From positions 123 through 64,122 of the IMG/VR virus record IMGVR_UViG_2657245113_000001: DNA of 64,000 nucleotides; one strand, 5' to 3'. The stretch's first letter is position 1, and the number at the start of each line of letters is the position of its first letter. Of this stretch, positions 10,654 to 20,114 are shown in pieces. A model generated the notes under the pieces. The model worked only from the letters and a program-made list of their open reading frames with translations. It had not been told where the DNA came from and did not search any database. Source of the stretch: a virus (taxonomy: Duplodnaviria; Caudoviricetes). The position numbers and the translations under genes were made by a program.

Positions 10654-10965
10654 CTATACCCCATAGATGCGGTAAGGTTGGAGAAGTGAAGTGACTGCAA
10701 ATGGAACCTCTGATGATTCAATAGTCGAAGTTGCTTCCCTATTCTCATACCAATGACCAATACAGAGCAGCATGGCTGTCAGTACGTCATCATCAAGAAA
10801 GAGAGACTCTTCGCCAAAAGCAGGATCTGCAGCATCTTCAAGAATTGTCCGTCGAGTGTAGTTCTCAACATATCGCCAGGCGGCCCGCATATATATCTTC
10901 AGTAAGGTTTCATCTGTATCTGAATCCAGTTTGCAATGCTCCTTAACAACCCCGATATCGATCAT
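10654..10965 (-). CDS. Head-tail connector (gp6-like)
   Basis: VKEHCKLD, GHWYENRE, LLQPYR. Confidence 0.9.
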   Translation of the reverse strand: MIDIGVVKEHCKLDSDTDETLLKIYMRAAWRYVENYTRRTILEDAADPAFGEESLFLDDDVLTAMLLCIGHWYENREATSTIESSEVPFAVTSLLQPYRIYGV

Positions 10966-10974
10966 GAGAGAACC

Positions 10975-11190
10975 TTATTTAGCTTTAGATTTCTTACCAC
11001 CAGCACTAGCCTCCGGTTCTGGCTCCGGTTCTGGCTCCGGTTCTGGCTCCGCAGGTTGTAATTCCTCCAGCCGCTTTGCATAGACTTTTTTCAGGAGTTC
11101 CCGTCCATGCTGCTCACCCGTTTCAAACTCCTGACCGTGATCAAGAACGCTATAGCCGAAATAAATCTGCTTTAGTGCTATCAATTTCAT
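10975..11190 (-). CDS. Small head-associated hypothetical protein with (PE)n tract
   Basis: ORF after capsid; 12-bp tandem repeat CTCCGGTTCTGG x3 at about 11011-11050. Confidence 0.7.
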   Translation of the reverse strand: MKLIALKQIYFGYSVLDHGQEFETGEQHGRELLKKVYAKRLEELQPAEPEPEPEPEPEPEASAGGKKSKAK

Positions 11191-11240
11191 GATGTTATCT
11201 CTGATAAAGCGGCCCGCAGGCCACTCAGTGAAAGGGGTAA

Positions 11241-12458
11241 TTAGCCACCGACAGGTGCAGGAACCGTAAACGCACCGGTAACAAACGCTTCAGGACGATA
11301 CACCGCCAGTGCGAGACGTTCCTCGCAACGGATGGTGATCATGTTTTTCTCAAAGTCGTCGGAGTTTTCGGTACTGATCACCACATTGGCGTCTTCTCGG
11401 TCAAAAATCTGAGCGCCCGCGTTAAATGCACCGGTCAGGAACTTGCCTTTAAATGCCGCCGCTTCTGTAGCGACAACAGGCAAACCCCACAAGGTCGGCG
11501 TAGTCAATGCTGACGGATTGCCAAGAATGTAACGGCCCAACGTGTCTTTGGTCAGTTCGATCTTGGCCCAATCAATAAAGTGCAATACATGACCAGAAGC
11601 GGAGAAACGCGCAAGTTGAGACTGCAGCATAGCCAGCCGCAAATCATCAATGCCATTCTGCTGAACAACTTCAAATGACGGATCGAACACTGATGCCTGC
11701 GGCATAATCCCTTCAAGATGAACACCGGTACCATCACCGAACAAGATTTCTTGCTCTTCGGCATATTTCAGGCCAAAGCGCATTTCAGTATCAATCGTTG
11801 ATTGTAACTGTGAGAAATCATCAAGGATCTGTTTCGCGGCCTTGAACAAGTGGGCAATAGTGCGAACAGGCGTGATTTTTTCACCGAACTGAATGTCGCT
11901 GTAAGGCTTTTGCGTACCTTCAGCGACGACTCGTGCATTATTGGTAAATCCAGTCTGCTGAACCCAATAAATGGTGCTTGATTGAGTACGACCCGGTGCA
12001 AGTAAATCACGGATAAACAGGCGCTGTTTAGGCGCAACATCAATACCCGGCAAGCGATGTGGAGCCACAATCTGCCCCGGCACATCGACTGACAAGAGTG
12101 CTGCTTTCACCGGAATACTGATCCGCTGGCTTGCTGCAAGCCCTGAGACAAAACCTTTTAACGCCTCGGCTGATACCACCTGCTGCCCAATCGTCTCAAC
12201 AGTTTGCACGGCATTATTCAATGGCATTTGGGCAACATGCTGTTCCAGTTCACCTAGGGCCACTTTGAGGGTTTTCTCTGCGGCGGTCAGCGCGTTAAAT
12301 TCTAGCGCCATTTTGTCTACAGCTTCTTTAGTCGAGGCAGAGAGCTGACCCGCGTTTTTAGCTTCTGTCAGCGCTTCTTCTGCCTTGGCGTTAAACTTGC
12401 CAGTGGCCTCTTCCAGTGCTGCGGAAACCTTTTTCAGTACATCATTTACATCAGACAT
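11241..12458 (-). CDS. Major capsid protein, HK97 fold
   Basis: GDGTG..L.GI, TLWGLPVV, EERLALAVYRPEAF. Confidence 0.95.
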   Translation of the reverse strand: MSDVNDVLKKVSAALEEATGKFNAKAEEALTEAKNAGQLSASTKEAVDKMALEFNALTAAEKTLKVALGELEQHVAQMPLNNAVQTVETIGQQVVSAEALKGFVSGLAASQRISIPVKAALLSVDVPGQIVAPHRLPGIDVAPKQRLFIRDLLAPGRTQSSTIYWVQQTGFTNNARVVAEGTQKPYSDIQFGEKITPVRTIAHLFKAAKQILDDFSQLQSTIDTEMRFGLKYAEEQEILFGDGTGVHLEGIMPQASVFDPSFEVVQQNGIDDLRLAMLQSQLARFSASGHVLHFIDWAKIELTKDTLGRYILGNPSALTTPTLWGLPVVATEAAAFKGKFLTGAFNAGAQIFDREDANVVISTENSDDFEKNMITIRCEERLALAVYRPEAFVTGAFTVPAPVGG

Positions 12459-12470
12459 ATTTTCTCCAGA

Positions 12471-13328
12471 TTATTGGCACGCCGCTTTCAGTCCACTTAA
12501 TGCAGACTCGAAGCTAGCTAAAGTTTCAGTATTAATTTCAGTGGTAGCGCTTGGCGTACCGGGAGGAGTAACAGCAGCGCCAGGCATGCTGTCGGTTAAG
12601 GCTTTAAGTAATTTCCGACGCTCGGAACGTGGGGTATTGGCTTTTGCCAGCAGCGCATCGAGTTTGCGAATGGCTGCTGATGGGCTTTGGTCATCATTGG
12701 TAATTTCATCAGCCGACAACAAACTGTCTGCGAAGCCTTTTTCGACAGCATCACTGCCCGCAATATAGGTTTCATTGTCCATCATGGCTGCAATGTCTGC
12801 TGCTGGCAGGCCAGTTCTGGCTGAATAGATATCGCCCATCGCCCGATCAAAAGGCTCAATATCAATAGCAGCTTTTGCCAGATCGTGACGGTTGCCCATC
12901 ATGACAATCCAACAGTTGTGGATCATCAGAAACGCACCACGCCCGACCTGAATCTCATCACCGGCCATGGCAATAATGGAAGCAGCAGAGGCGGCAATCC
13001 CCAATACTTTCACCGTGACCTTGCCGCTGTATTCGCGCAGCAGGTTATAGATAGCCAGTCCCTCGAACATGTCACCACCGGGCGAGTTGATGTTAACCGT
13101 CACATCCTCGCCGCCCATCGACCGCAACGCGGCAGCAATGCGTTTGGTGCTAACCCCCTCGCCCCAGTAGTCCTGTCCGATCACGTCAAATATTGAAATA
13201 CTGTTTTCGCCAGTGGCAGCGGCTTTTAACCCACCGTTCCAGCGCTCTACCGCACTTGGCGCAACCTCACAGGAAACACCCGCGCACGGGCGTCCCACCG
13301 GCGCTGCCGGAAGGCTTTTAATTGTCAT
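12471..13328 (-). CDS. ClpP-like head maturation protease
   Basis: INSPGGD, AASAAS, MIHN. Confidence 0.95.
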   Translation of the reverse strand: MTIKSLPAAPVGRPCAGVSCEVAPSAVERWNGGLKAAATGENSISIFDVIGQDYWGEGVSTKRIAAALRSMGGEDVTVNINSPGGDMFEGLAIYNLLREYSGKVTVKVLGIAASAASIIAMAGDEIQVGRGAFLMIHNCWIVMMGNRHDLAKAAIDIEPFDRAMGDIYSARTGLPAADIAAMMDNETYIAGSDAVEKGFADSLLSADEITNDDQSPSAAIRKLDALLAKANTPRSERRKLLKALTDSMPGAAVTPPGTPSATTEINTETLASFESALSGLKAACQ

Positions 13329-13340
13329 TAGGTTTTACTC

Positions 13341-14645
13341 CTAGGCGGCTTGTTTTAGCGGTGACTGTTCAAGCGGGATGTCAGGGAACAGGTATCCGTG
13401 AAGCTCAGTGATGGCTTTCGCTTTAACTACAGCGTTATGTGATTTAAGGTCTTCAAGTGCAACAAGGTTAAGTTGCACGGTATAGATATCGCCGCCTGGT
13501 ATCGGAGGCAGATTTTCAAGGCGACGAACATCGTTGCGGTTCATCCAGCCATTTTGCAATGCTGTGGTGTAGTAAGCGGAACGGCCCGCACTGTCGGCAC
13601 GCAATAGACCTTCAACAGAGAATTCAGCAAAGTAATCCTCATCACCGGCCAGCAGGCAACGGACAATCTCCTGTTCAATATTGACCAGCAGCGGACGCAG
13701 GGTGTTACTTAGAAATAGGAGGTTCATGCCCTCAACACTGGAGGCCCAACTGCTTTGCTTGGTCATATGGCCCACCATAAATGGCGGCACCCTAAACCAG
13801 CGGCAGATCTCTTCGATGCTGAATGCCCGACTCTCCAGCATCTGAGCATCTTCGGGGTTCATGGTCACGCTTTGGTAAGTGAGATCGGCTTCAAGCACCA
13901 TGGTCTTACCGGCATTTTTTGATCCGGTGAATGCCGTCATACTGCTACGCAACTTTTCTCTCTGTTCTTTTGTTAGCGCAGTTTTACTGGTCAAAAAACC
14001 CGAGTTTTGCATCCCATTTTCGAATACCTTCGCCGCAGACTCTTCGATCGCCATAGCTGAACCAAATACGTCCCGACCGGTATTCATCGGCATTAACCCA
14101 CACATACCATCCAGACCAAATCCCCGGATGTGCATCATGGTTTTGACCGGTATCACCCGTTTCTTACCGTTCTCGGTATAGGTGTATTCAAGCTGCCCGC
14201 TGTCCAGGCGTTTAACCACCATATTCTGCGGCAACAGCGGAATAAGAGAGATAACGCGATTGCCGATCATTCTCTTTTCTATAAACGCATTTCCCCGCAA
14301 ACAGATACTGGCCACCAGCATCAACATAAAGCGCGAGGGGGTCATTTCTGAATTCGGACTGCGGCATAACACCGGATATAACGGGTGGTCAGTCGCAGTA
14401 CCTCGAGAACCGTCCGGCATGCGCTTATACAATTTCAACGGTAGAGTCGAAACTGACTCACTGATAAGCCGGACACACGCCCAGGCTGCGGCCAACTGAA
14501 TGACTTTATCAGCGGTGACCACCTTGCCGCTGCTGCTGGTACCAAACCATTCCTGAAAGAAGGTGCCAGTAGTGAGGCTAATTGGCACACCAAGCCAGTT
14601 AAGGAGCGCACTTTTAACGCGCCCCGGATGTTTATTTTGTGCCAT
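13341..14645 (-). CDS. Portal protein, HK97 family
   Basis: LRGNAF, HIRGF..DG..G, EICRWFRVPP, N.VRRLENLPP. Confidence 0.95.
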   Translation of the reverse strand: MAQNKHPGRVKSALLNWLGVPISLTTGTFFQEWFGTSSSGKVVTADKVIQLAAAWACVRLISESVSTLPLKLYKRMPDGSRGTATDHPLYPVLCRSPNSEMTPSRFMLMLVASICLRGNAFIEKRMIGNRVISLIPLLPQNMVVKRLDSGQLEYTYTENGKKRVIPVKTMMHIRGFGLDGMCGLMPMNTGRDVFGSAMAIEESAAKVFENGMQNSGFLTSKTALTKEQREKLRSSMTAFTGSKNAGKTMVLEADLTYQSVTMNPEDAQMLESRAFSIEEICRWFRVPPFMVGHMTKQSSWASSVEGMNLLFLSNTLRPLLVNIEQEIVRCLLAGDEDYFAEFSVEGLLRADSAGRSAYYTTALQNGWMNRNDVRRLENLPPIPGGDIYTVQLNLVALEDLKSHNAVVKAKAITELHGYLFPDIPLEQSPLKQAA

Positions 14646-16390
14646 TAGATACCTACTATTATTGGGTTATCAAAGAAACCATCCAGATCGCCATCCTCTT
14701 CAATATCAGCATCTTCAGCAGCGCCAATTGCCATGGCAGAAGCCACCACACCGTCAATACGGCCAGTGCTTTTCTTCTTGGCAAAGATGCGGTTATCTTT
14801 CTGGTCTGCCTCGAGTACCGCTGAGGCTGCATTCCAGCGCAGGCAAGGGTTGCGTTTGATAATTAACTCTTTGTTATTGATTTTCTCTTCAAACAATTCG
14901 ATGGAACGCGGCATCCATAAACCGGATTCCTGCGCTTTGTAATAGCCCTGACCGTGCGGTACCAAAACAACACTGACTGAGTTGCTTTCCAGTTCAGGCT
15001 CAAGGTATTTGATGCGGTATTGGTCAAAAGCGATGCATCTAATATTAAACATAGCGGTCAGCTCACCGATTCGGTGGGCAACAAAGCCATAGTTCACCGC
15101 CTTACCCGGTGGTGCGTGGATAAAACCCGCCTTTAGCCATTTGTCGTAAGGCACTCGGTCGGTTTTGGCGCGCTCAAGCAAACTGTCTTTAGGTGTCCAG
15201 AACTCAACAAATAAGCGGTTATGCTTAGGGAAAAACAGCGCCAGCGAGGTTAAGTCACGGGAGCCTGACAAATCGAGTCCGCCATAGCATTCCTCCCCCG
15301 CCAGTTCCTCAATATCGAATTCGTCCTCACAATCCATCCAGGTATCACCACCGATCCACGGCGTGGCTGATTCTACCCATTCACAAAAGTTGAGACGGCG
15401 CACAATGCTTTCTTTGGCGGGCATCCCTCGGGCAGCGGTCACCTGTTCGCGCAGGTATTTAAGTTCAAAGGTTTGGCCCAGCGAGGGGTTAGCTTTGCCC
15501 CAGCAAGATTCGTCTTTAAATGGGTCGTCACCTTCGTCCAGTGAACAGATAAAACTAAAGAAGCTGTCATCTTCCAGATCGCCGCTGGCGACCTTTTTGC
15601 CGTATTCGTGGTAGTCATAACACACGCTGGTTTTATCGTGGCCGCTGTTAGTGATTAGGAATATCAAAGCCTGACGCCGCCCTTTGGTACCGGCGCGCAT
15701 CATCTCAACAACCTGATTGGTTTTATGTTCGTGAACTTCGTCAATTAGCGCGCAGTGGGGGCGCGGGCCAGATTGTCCATCGTCCGAGCTGATGGGTTTA
15801 AAGAATGAGCCGGTTTGCAGGAATGCCAGATTCCACACGTTTAAACCGGTACCGGATTTAACCACCCGCTGAGAGAGTGCCGGAGACTGATCGACCATTG
15901 AGACAGCATCGCGAAACAGGATCATGGCCTGGTCTTTTTTGGTCGCCGCGGCATAGACTTCTGCCCGAGGTTCTTTGTCGGCCATCATGCAGTAAAGACC
16001 GACACCACCGGCCAGTGGGGATTTGCCCGAACCTTTGCCCGACTCCACATACACCATGCGAAAGCGTCGGGTGCCGTCACTGGATTTCCAGCCAAAAATT
16101 GAGCCGATAACAAAGCATTGCCACGACAACAAAATAAACGGCTTGCCTTCGTGGTCACCACCATTGAGTTTTAATACGTTGGCAAAAAAGGCAATAACAC
16201 GGGAAACCGCTTCGACATCCCAAACTAATCCGCGCGCGGGGCCAAGTTCCAGATCCCGCAAATGTCTTTCACAGGCATGGCGAATATCGGGGCCTGCCAC
16301 TATTTTCCCTGACGTCACATCGGTTGCATATTGAGTTACTGGATCAACCGAAGAACTGGGCGAGCGGGTCTTCTTCTTTTTCTCCGCCAT
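14645..16390 (-). CDS. Terminase large subunit
   Basis: Walker A GKGSGKS, Walker B LIDEVHEH, GLDLS, RIDGVVA. Confidence 0.95.
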   Translation of the reverse strand: MAEKKKKTRSPSSSVDPVTQYATDVTSGKIVAGPDIRHACERHLRDLELGPARGLVWDVEAVSRVIAFFANVLKLNGGDHEGKPFILLSWQCFVIGSIFGWKSSDGTRRFRMVYVESGKGSGKSPLAGGVGLYCMMADKEPRAEVYAAATKKDQAMILFRDAVSMVDQSPALSQRVVKSGTGLNVWNLAFLQTGSFFKPISSDDGQSGPRPHCALIDEVHEHKTNQVVEMMRAGTKGRRQALIFLITNSGHDKTSVCYDYHEYGKKVASGDLEDDSFFSFICSLDEGDDPFKDESCWGKANPSLGQTFELKYLREQVTAARGMPAKESIVRRLNFCEWVESATPWIGGDTWMDCEDEFDIEELAGEECYGGLDLSGSRDLTSLALFFPKHNRLFVEFWTPKDSLLERAKTDRVPYDKWLKAGFIHAPPGKAVNYGFVAHRIGELTAMFNIRCIAFDQYRIKYLEPELESNSVSVVLVPHGQGYYKAQESGLWMPRSIELFEEKINNKELIIKRNPCLRWNAASAVLEADQKDNRIFAKKKSTGRIDGVVASAMAIGAAEDADIEEDGDLDGFFDNPIIVGI

Positions 16391-16811
16391 TCACATTCAC
16401 CTTTGATCTCGCGGCAGGGGTCAGGCCGAATTCAATTAAGTAGCCTTTGAAGCGGCGATCCGCATCGGCAAGCTGCCCTACCGCCGGATGTCCTTTGATA
16501 AGAAAATCCCCCAGTTGGGTTTTGGTCATATAGGTGTTGCCCTCGATATCAATCTGCTGGCGCAACCGAAGGATTTCCGCATACAGATCACAAAGGCGTT
16601 CCAGTGCCATGGTATCGGCAACGGTCAACACGCCCATCTGATCCAGCAGTAAAGTTAGCCGCCCCCAAGCCGCCTTACCCCAGTCAGTTAAATGAGCAGG
16701 AGGACTTGGAATTTCTCGGGCTGGTTGAGGTTCATTCTTATTCAGTGGGCGCTTGCCCGGATTACCGGTGACCACCTTTAAGTGGGTCGGTTTTGGTCGG
16801 CGTCCAGACAT
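16344..16811 (-). CDS. Terminase small subunit, P27 family
   Basis: Start MSGRRPKPT at 16811; GNPGKR, EFGLTPAAR. Confidence 0.9.
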   Translation of the reverse strand: MSGRRPKPTHLKVVTGNPGKRPLNKNEPQPAREIPSPPAHLTDWGKAAWGRLTLLLDQMGVLTVADTMALERLCDLYAEILRLRQQIDIEGNTYMTKTQLGDFLIKGHPAVGQLADADRRFKGYLIEFGLTPAARSKVNVNGGEKEEDPLAQFFG

Positions 16812-16829
16812 GGAAAACCTCCAAAAAAA

Positions 16830-16950
16830 AGTTTTCAATTCGCGGTTGTGCACAGAAATGAGGGCTAGCGGTATGGAGAGCGAAGAGGTGAGAACTTTCG
16901 ACCCACCCTCCCGATGATATTCATTCCCATTCACACTATTGGTTAAATGG
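16830..16950 (-). other. Probable cos/packaging-initiation region
   Basis: Non-coding gap between HNH and terS with G-rich GGGAGGGTGGGTCGAAAG, as in HK97/SfV-like cos phages (positional inference). Confidence 0.45.
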
Positions 16951-16959
16951 GAATCACTC

Positions 16960-17289
16960 TCATTTATTCCAATGTGAATTGGGGTCAATCGGTATGCCAT
17001 CAGCGGTACAGCCCGCCACATAGCCTCTCTTCTCCTGCCGCTGCTTGGTTGAATCATGATGCTGCTTACACAATGGCTGCCAGTTTCCTTTATCCCAGAA
17101 GAGCCTCTGTGCTTTCTTTAGTTCATCGGGGGTCTTGGCTTCTTTCATCCGGTGCGGCTTGATGTGATCCACAACGACCGCTGCTGTCTTTCTACCCTGC
17201 TGATTGCACATAACGCAGAGAGGATTACTACGAAGAAATGTCAGTCTGGCTTTTTGCCATGGACTGCTATAAATGCTGCTGGTCTTCAT
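16960..17289 (-). CDS. HNH endonuclease (terminase-associated)
   Basis: PLCVMC, VVDHIKPH, NWQPLCKQHH. Confidence 0.9.
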   Translation of the reverse strand: MKTSSIYSSPWQKARLTFLRSNPLCVMCNQQGRKTAAVVVDHIKPHRMKEAKTPDELKKAQRLFWDKGNWQPLCKQHHDSTKQRQEKRGYVAGCTADGIPIDPNSHWNK

Positions 17290-17365
17290 GGCGTTGCTCC
17301 AAAAGAAAAACCACCGGCTTATAGGGCCAATGGCTTGAGTATGAATAGTGTGTACCGATAAAACT

Positions 17366-17989
17366 TTATTTCTCTAAAGGCAATTTTTTTTCCAGATATT
17401 CGCCATCTTTAAGGCATATAAGAGTCGATGCAAATGGAATTTTACGTTTCAATATATCTTTCACTCTCTTTGCTGGAACTGGATTTTCCAACGAATGATA
17501 ATTAGTTAAACTATAAAAATAGCAATCATCTTTAGTTTCATCATATTCTTTTTTCTTAATATTACCTTCAACTGTACCAAACCCAATTATTCCAGCACCG
17601 CTTTCATAATGAAAAACTACATCACCAGGATTAATTCTTTCAATTTTAAACTTCCATGGATCACAAAAAGCAGCCGCCACTTTATCGCTAACCATCCAAT
17701 CATGTGTGCTCTCATCCTGGCTTTTATTGGTATTCAACATAAAATATCTTTTACCAGAACGTTCTTCTGGTTGCGACTCAGTGAAGTCGTATATATCGAG
17801 ATTCGCCTGTTTCAGGCGAGCAATTTCGGCTCCATCACGAAGTAAGGCTATAAGTACTTCATGCTTTGAAACTTCCAAATACTCAGCAATATCTTTTGCG
17901 AAAAGGTCAATCTCTGTTGGAACCTTCAATGTTTGTCCGACAATGGCTGTTTTATTGTTTCTGATTAGTGAATCGAAATTTGATGACAT
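17366..17989 (-). CDS. AT-rich moron: putative RHH-like N-terminus + EVE/PUA-like domain
   Basis: YFMLNTN...W...I.PGD.VF.Y.SG.GIIGFG.V pattern; own upstream region. Confidence 0.55.
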   Translation of the reverse strand: MSSNFDSLIRNNKTAIVGQTLKVPTEIDLFAKDIAEYLEVSKHEVLIALLRDGAEIARLKQANLDIYDFTESQPEERSGKRYFMLNTNKSQDESTHDWMVSDKVAAAFCDPWKFKIERINPGDVVFHYESGAGIIGFGTVEGNIKKKEYDETKDDCYFYSLTNYHSLENPVPAKRVKDILKRKIPFASTLICLKDGEYLEKKLPLEK

Positions 17990-18156
17990 TTTAAGCCCCT
18001 TTGGTTAAGTGTCATCACAATATCAAACAAATATAAAATTACAACCAAATTTGGTTTTTATTTGGTTTTTTAAGGACATTTAATTGTTAGATAAAGAACA
18101 TACTTTGTAAAAACCTAAAGCTTTTTACTACCCAGTGTTATTGATAACATACTGTT

Positions 18157-18462
18157 TCATAGCTTCTTGCTAGCAATCTGCCGCCAGCTAATAATCTCAT
18201 CGAGCCGCCCCTTGCAGATCCGCAGCTCACGTTTCAAAGCCAGCGCATACAGCCCACTATCGCCCCAAGTGGTACCGACGAACTCCGGTACCTCGCATTG
18301 AGTTAATGCCGATTCAGGGGGCCACAACTGGATTAATTCGGCTGACTTATGCTGTGAGCTACTCTTGCAGGATGCTAATGTTGCTATCAGGCATCCTGCT
18401 ATCAATACACGAATCCCCAACCCCCGCAGCCTTGAACCGCCTGAGTCGCTCGTCACTTTCAT
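18157..18462 (-). CDS. Rz1-like o-spanin lipoprotein (true start probably near 18420)
   Basis: Lipobox LASC, Pro-rich, overlaps Rz. Confidence 0.75.
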   Translation of the reverse strand: MKVTSDSGGSRLRGLGIRVLIAGCLIATLASCKSSSQHKSAELIQLWPPESALTQCEVPEFVGTTWGDSGLYALALKRELRICKGRLDEIISWRQIASKKL

Positions 18463-18691
18463 TGCGTAGTTTCCCTTCGTTCTCTAGCTGGCGGGCCGTG
18501 GCTGTACGGTTGGCGGCTTCATTCACCTGGTATGCATCGATGATGTTACCCAGTGCAACGTTAGTAGCTTGCTCGGCTCTCAGGTCTTTTTCTGTATTCT
18601 CGACCTTGTTTGAGAGGCGGTAACTGTTAAAGAACAGAGCCGACACAATAACCACCAGCACAGCAATGACTATCCCAATGGCCTTATTCAT
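18359..18691 (-). CDS. Rz-like i-spanin
   Basis: N-terminal TM + coiled coil + C-terminal Cys; after endolysin. Confidence 0.8.
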   Translation of the reverse strand: MNKAIGIVIAVLVVIVSALFFNSYRLSNKVENTEKDLRAEQATNVALGNIIDAYQVNEAANRTATARQLENEGKLRNESDERLRRFKAAGVGDSCIDSRMPDSNISILQE

Positions 18692-19217
18692 CCAACCCCC
18701 AGCACGTCAGCTCGCTTTCCTGTGCGCGACGCTCTATCTGCCCGTAACAGTTATTGGAGCGAAGATTGCAATCCTTACCGCCGTCATATACCCAGCGTTT
18801 GATCTCAGCGCATGCGCCTTTGCGGTCGCCAGCGTTGAGTTTTTTATAGAACGTGGAGGTGAAACACTTACTTGGGCCGATGTTATAGGGGCAAAACGAA
18901 GCGATACCGGCAATCTGTGGTTCAGTCAGCGGTACCCGGACATTCTTCTTTACCCAACTTATGGCCTTGTCAGCCTCCAACTGATTCACCGCAGCACACT
19001 TATCCGCTGACAGCTTCATCCCTTTCACTACCGGCTTACCATCAACTTGAGTCGCACCACGGCAAATAGTCCAAATCCCCTTTCCATCTGGGTAAGCCAC
19101 CAGCAGGTTACCCTCTTTCTCATCCAAAAGCTGATCAAGAATTATGGTGGCCGGTGCTGCAACAATAATCAGAGCCAGGACAGCCGCGCTTAATTTGCTT
19201 TTTGTCGAGGCCATCAC
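18684..19217 (-). CDS. Endolysin (lysozyme, SAR-type N-terminus)
   Basis: EG...AY.D..G.WTIC.G.T catalytic triad; hydrophobic N-terminus. Confidence 0.92.
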   Translation of the reverse strand: MMASTKSKLSAAVLALIIVAAPATIILDQLLDEKEGNLLVAYPDGKGIWTICRGATQVDGKPVVKGMKLSADKCAAVNQLEADKAISWVKKNVRVPLTEPQIAGIASFCPYNIGPSKCFTSTFYKKLNAGDRKGACAEIKRWVYDGGKDCNLRSNNCYGQIERRAQESELTCWGLDE

Positions 19218-19429
19218 TCACCATCCGGTTTATAGCCGTGGCGGCGATCCCAAATCTTGACGCCAGCATTAAGCATGAATGTCAGGGCCATAAAAAATAA
19301 CGAACCAAGCACACCAATCACCGTCCACTCATCAGGGGTGAAGCCAGCAATCAGCTCTTTAGCCCAAAAAATAAAACTACCACCCGACGCCAGGTAGGAA
19401 GCATTAGAAGCGATATTGCTCATTTTCAT
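19214..19429 (-). CDS. Holin
   Basis: 71 aa TM protein, MKM dual-start, directly before endolysin. Confidence 0.8.
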   Translation of the reverse strand: MKMSNIASNASYLASGGSFIFWAKELIAGFTPDEWTVIGVLGSLFFMALTFMLNAGVKIWDRRHGYKPDGE

Positions 19430-19550
19430 GATCTCCCCCTCCCGGTCAGCGGGTTGGGCGCGTAGTTAAGGAATTTAGCCCACCAGTGCAGCCACTCATC
19501 TGTTAATAGTGTGTGTGGAGTTGATTGGGTGACTGGTGGGCTAAAACGAG

Positions 19551-19575
19551 AAAGGTCACCCGAAGGCGACCTTTA
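19551..19575. terminator. Terminator-like hairpin after moron
   Basis: AAAGGTCACCCGAAGGCGACCTTT. Confidence 0.55.
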
Positions 19576-19587
19576 GATAAAAATGAT

Positions 19588-19920
19588 TTATTCGACTTGC
19601 CAGACCGATTCATCAATATCGAAAATAATATTTCCATTCTCGATATAGTAACCTGACTGACCTTCAACTGGATCAGTGCTATTCAAATCACGACAGCCCG
19701 CGAAAAAGTTAATTAAGCATATGAAATCTATGCATTCGTCTGATATGCCTATTACTTCAAATGACCCATCAACAAGTGAGTAACGAGCATCTCCACCATA
19801 TTTAGCTAAAACCTCTCCTTCAAATATTTCTGCATTACTCTCAATGAGAGTTTTTATTGACTCTAGATCTGATTCGTTGACGCCATTTAAAGGTATTTCA
19901 TAGGTCTTAATTCCAGTCAT
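19588..19920 (-). CDS. Acidic hypothetical moron protein
   Basis: 110 aa ORF, GGAGG RBS, low GC, between Q and lysis. Confidence 0.7.
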   Translation of the reverse strand: MTGIKTYEIPLNGVNESDLESIKTLIESNAEIFEGEVLAKYGGDARYSLVDGSFEVIGISDECIDFICLINFFAGCRDLNSTDPVEGQSGYYIENGNIIFDIDESVWQVE

Positions 19921-20114
19921 TAGTACCTCCTAAATATTGAAAGGCAATACTAAGACAATTTCAGAGGATTCTATAGTTAGGTTTTTTGAAGCCGGTTACG
20001 GTTCCGGCGTCAACACCTACCAATGTGCTGACCGCATACATTTTAAATACAAAAGGCCCACCGAGGTAAACCTGTTTAAATCAGTTGAAAACACTTATAG
20101 GTAATAATTATGAA

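Noticed and set aside
11011-11050. 12-bp tandem repeat as a regulatory VNTR
   Set aside because: In-frame (PE)n linker of a small head protein; common and uninformative.
187-16334. Many plus-strand ORFs antisense to structural genes
   Set aside because: Shadow ORFs of the minus-strand late operon with no motifs or RBS support.
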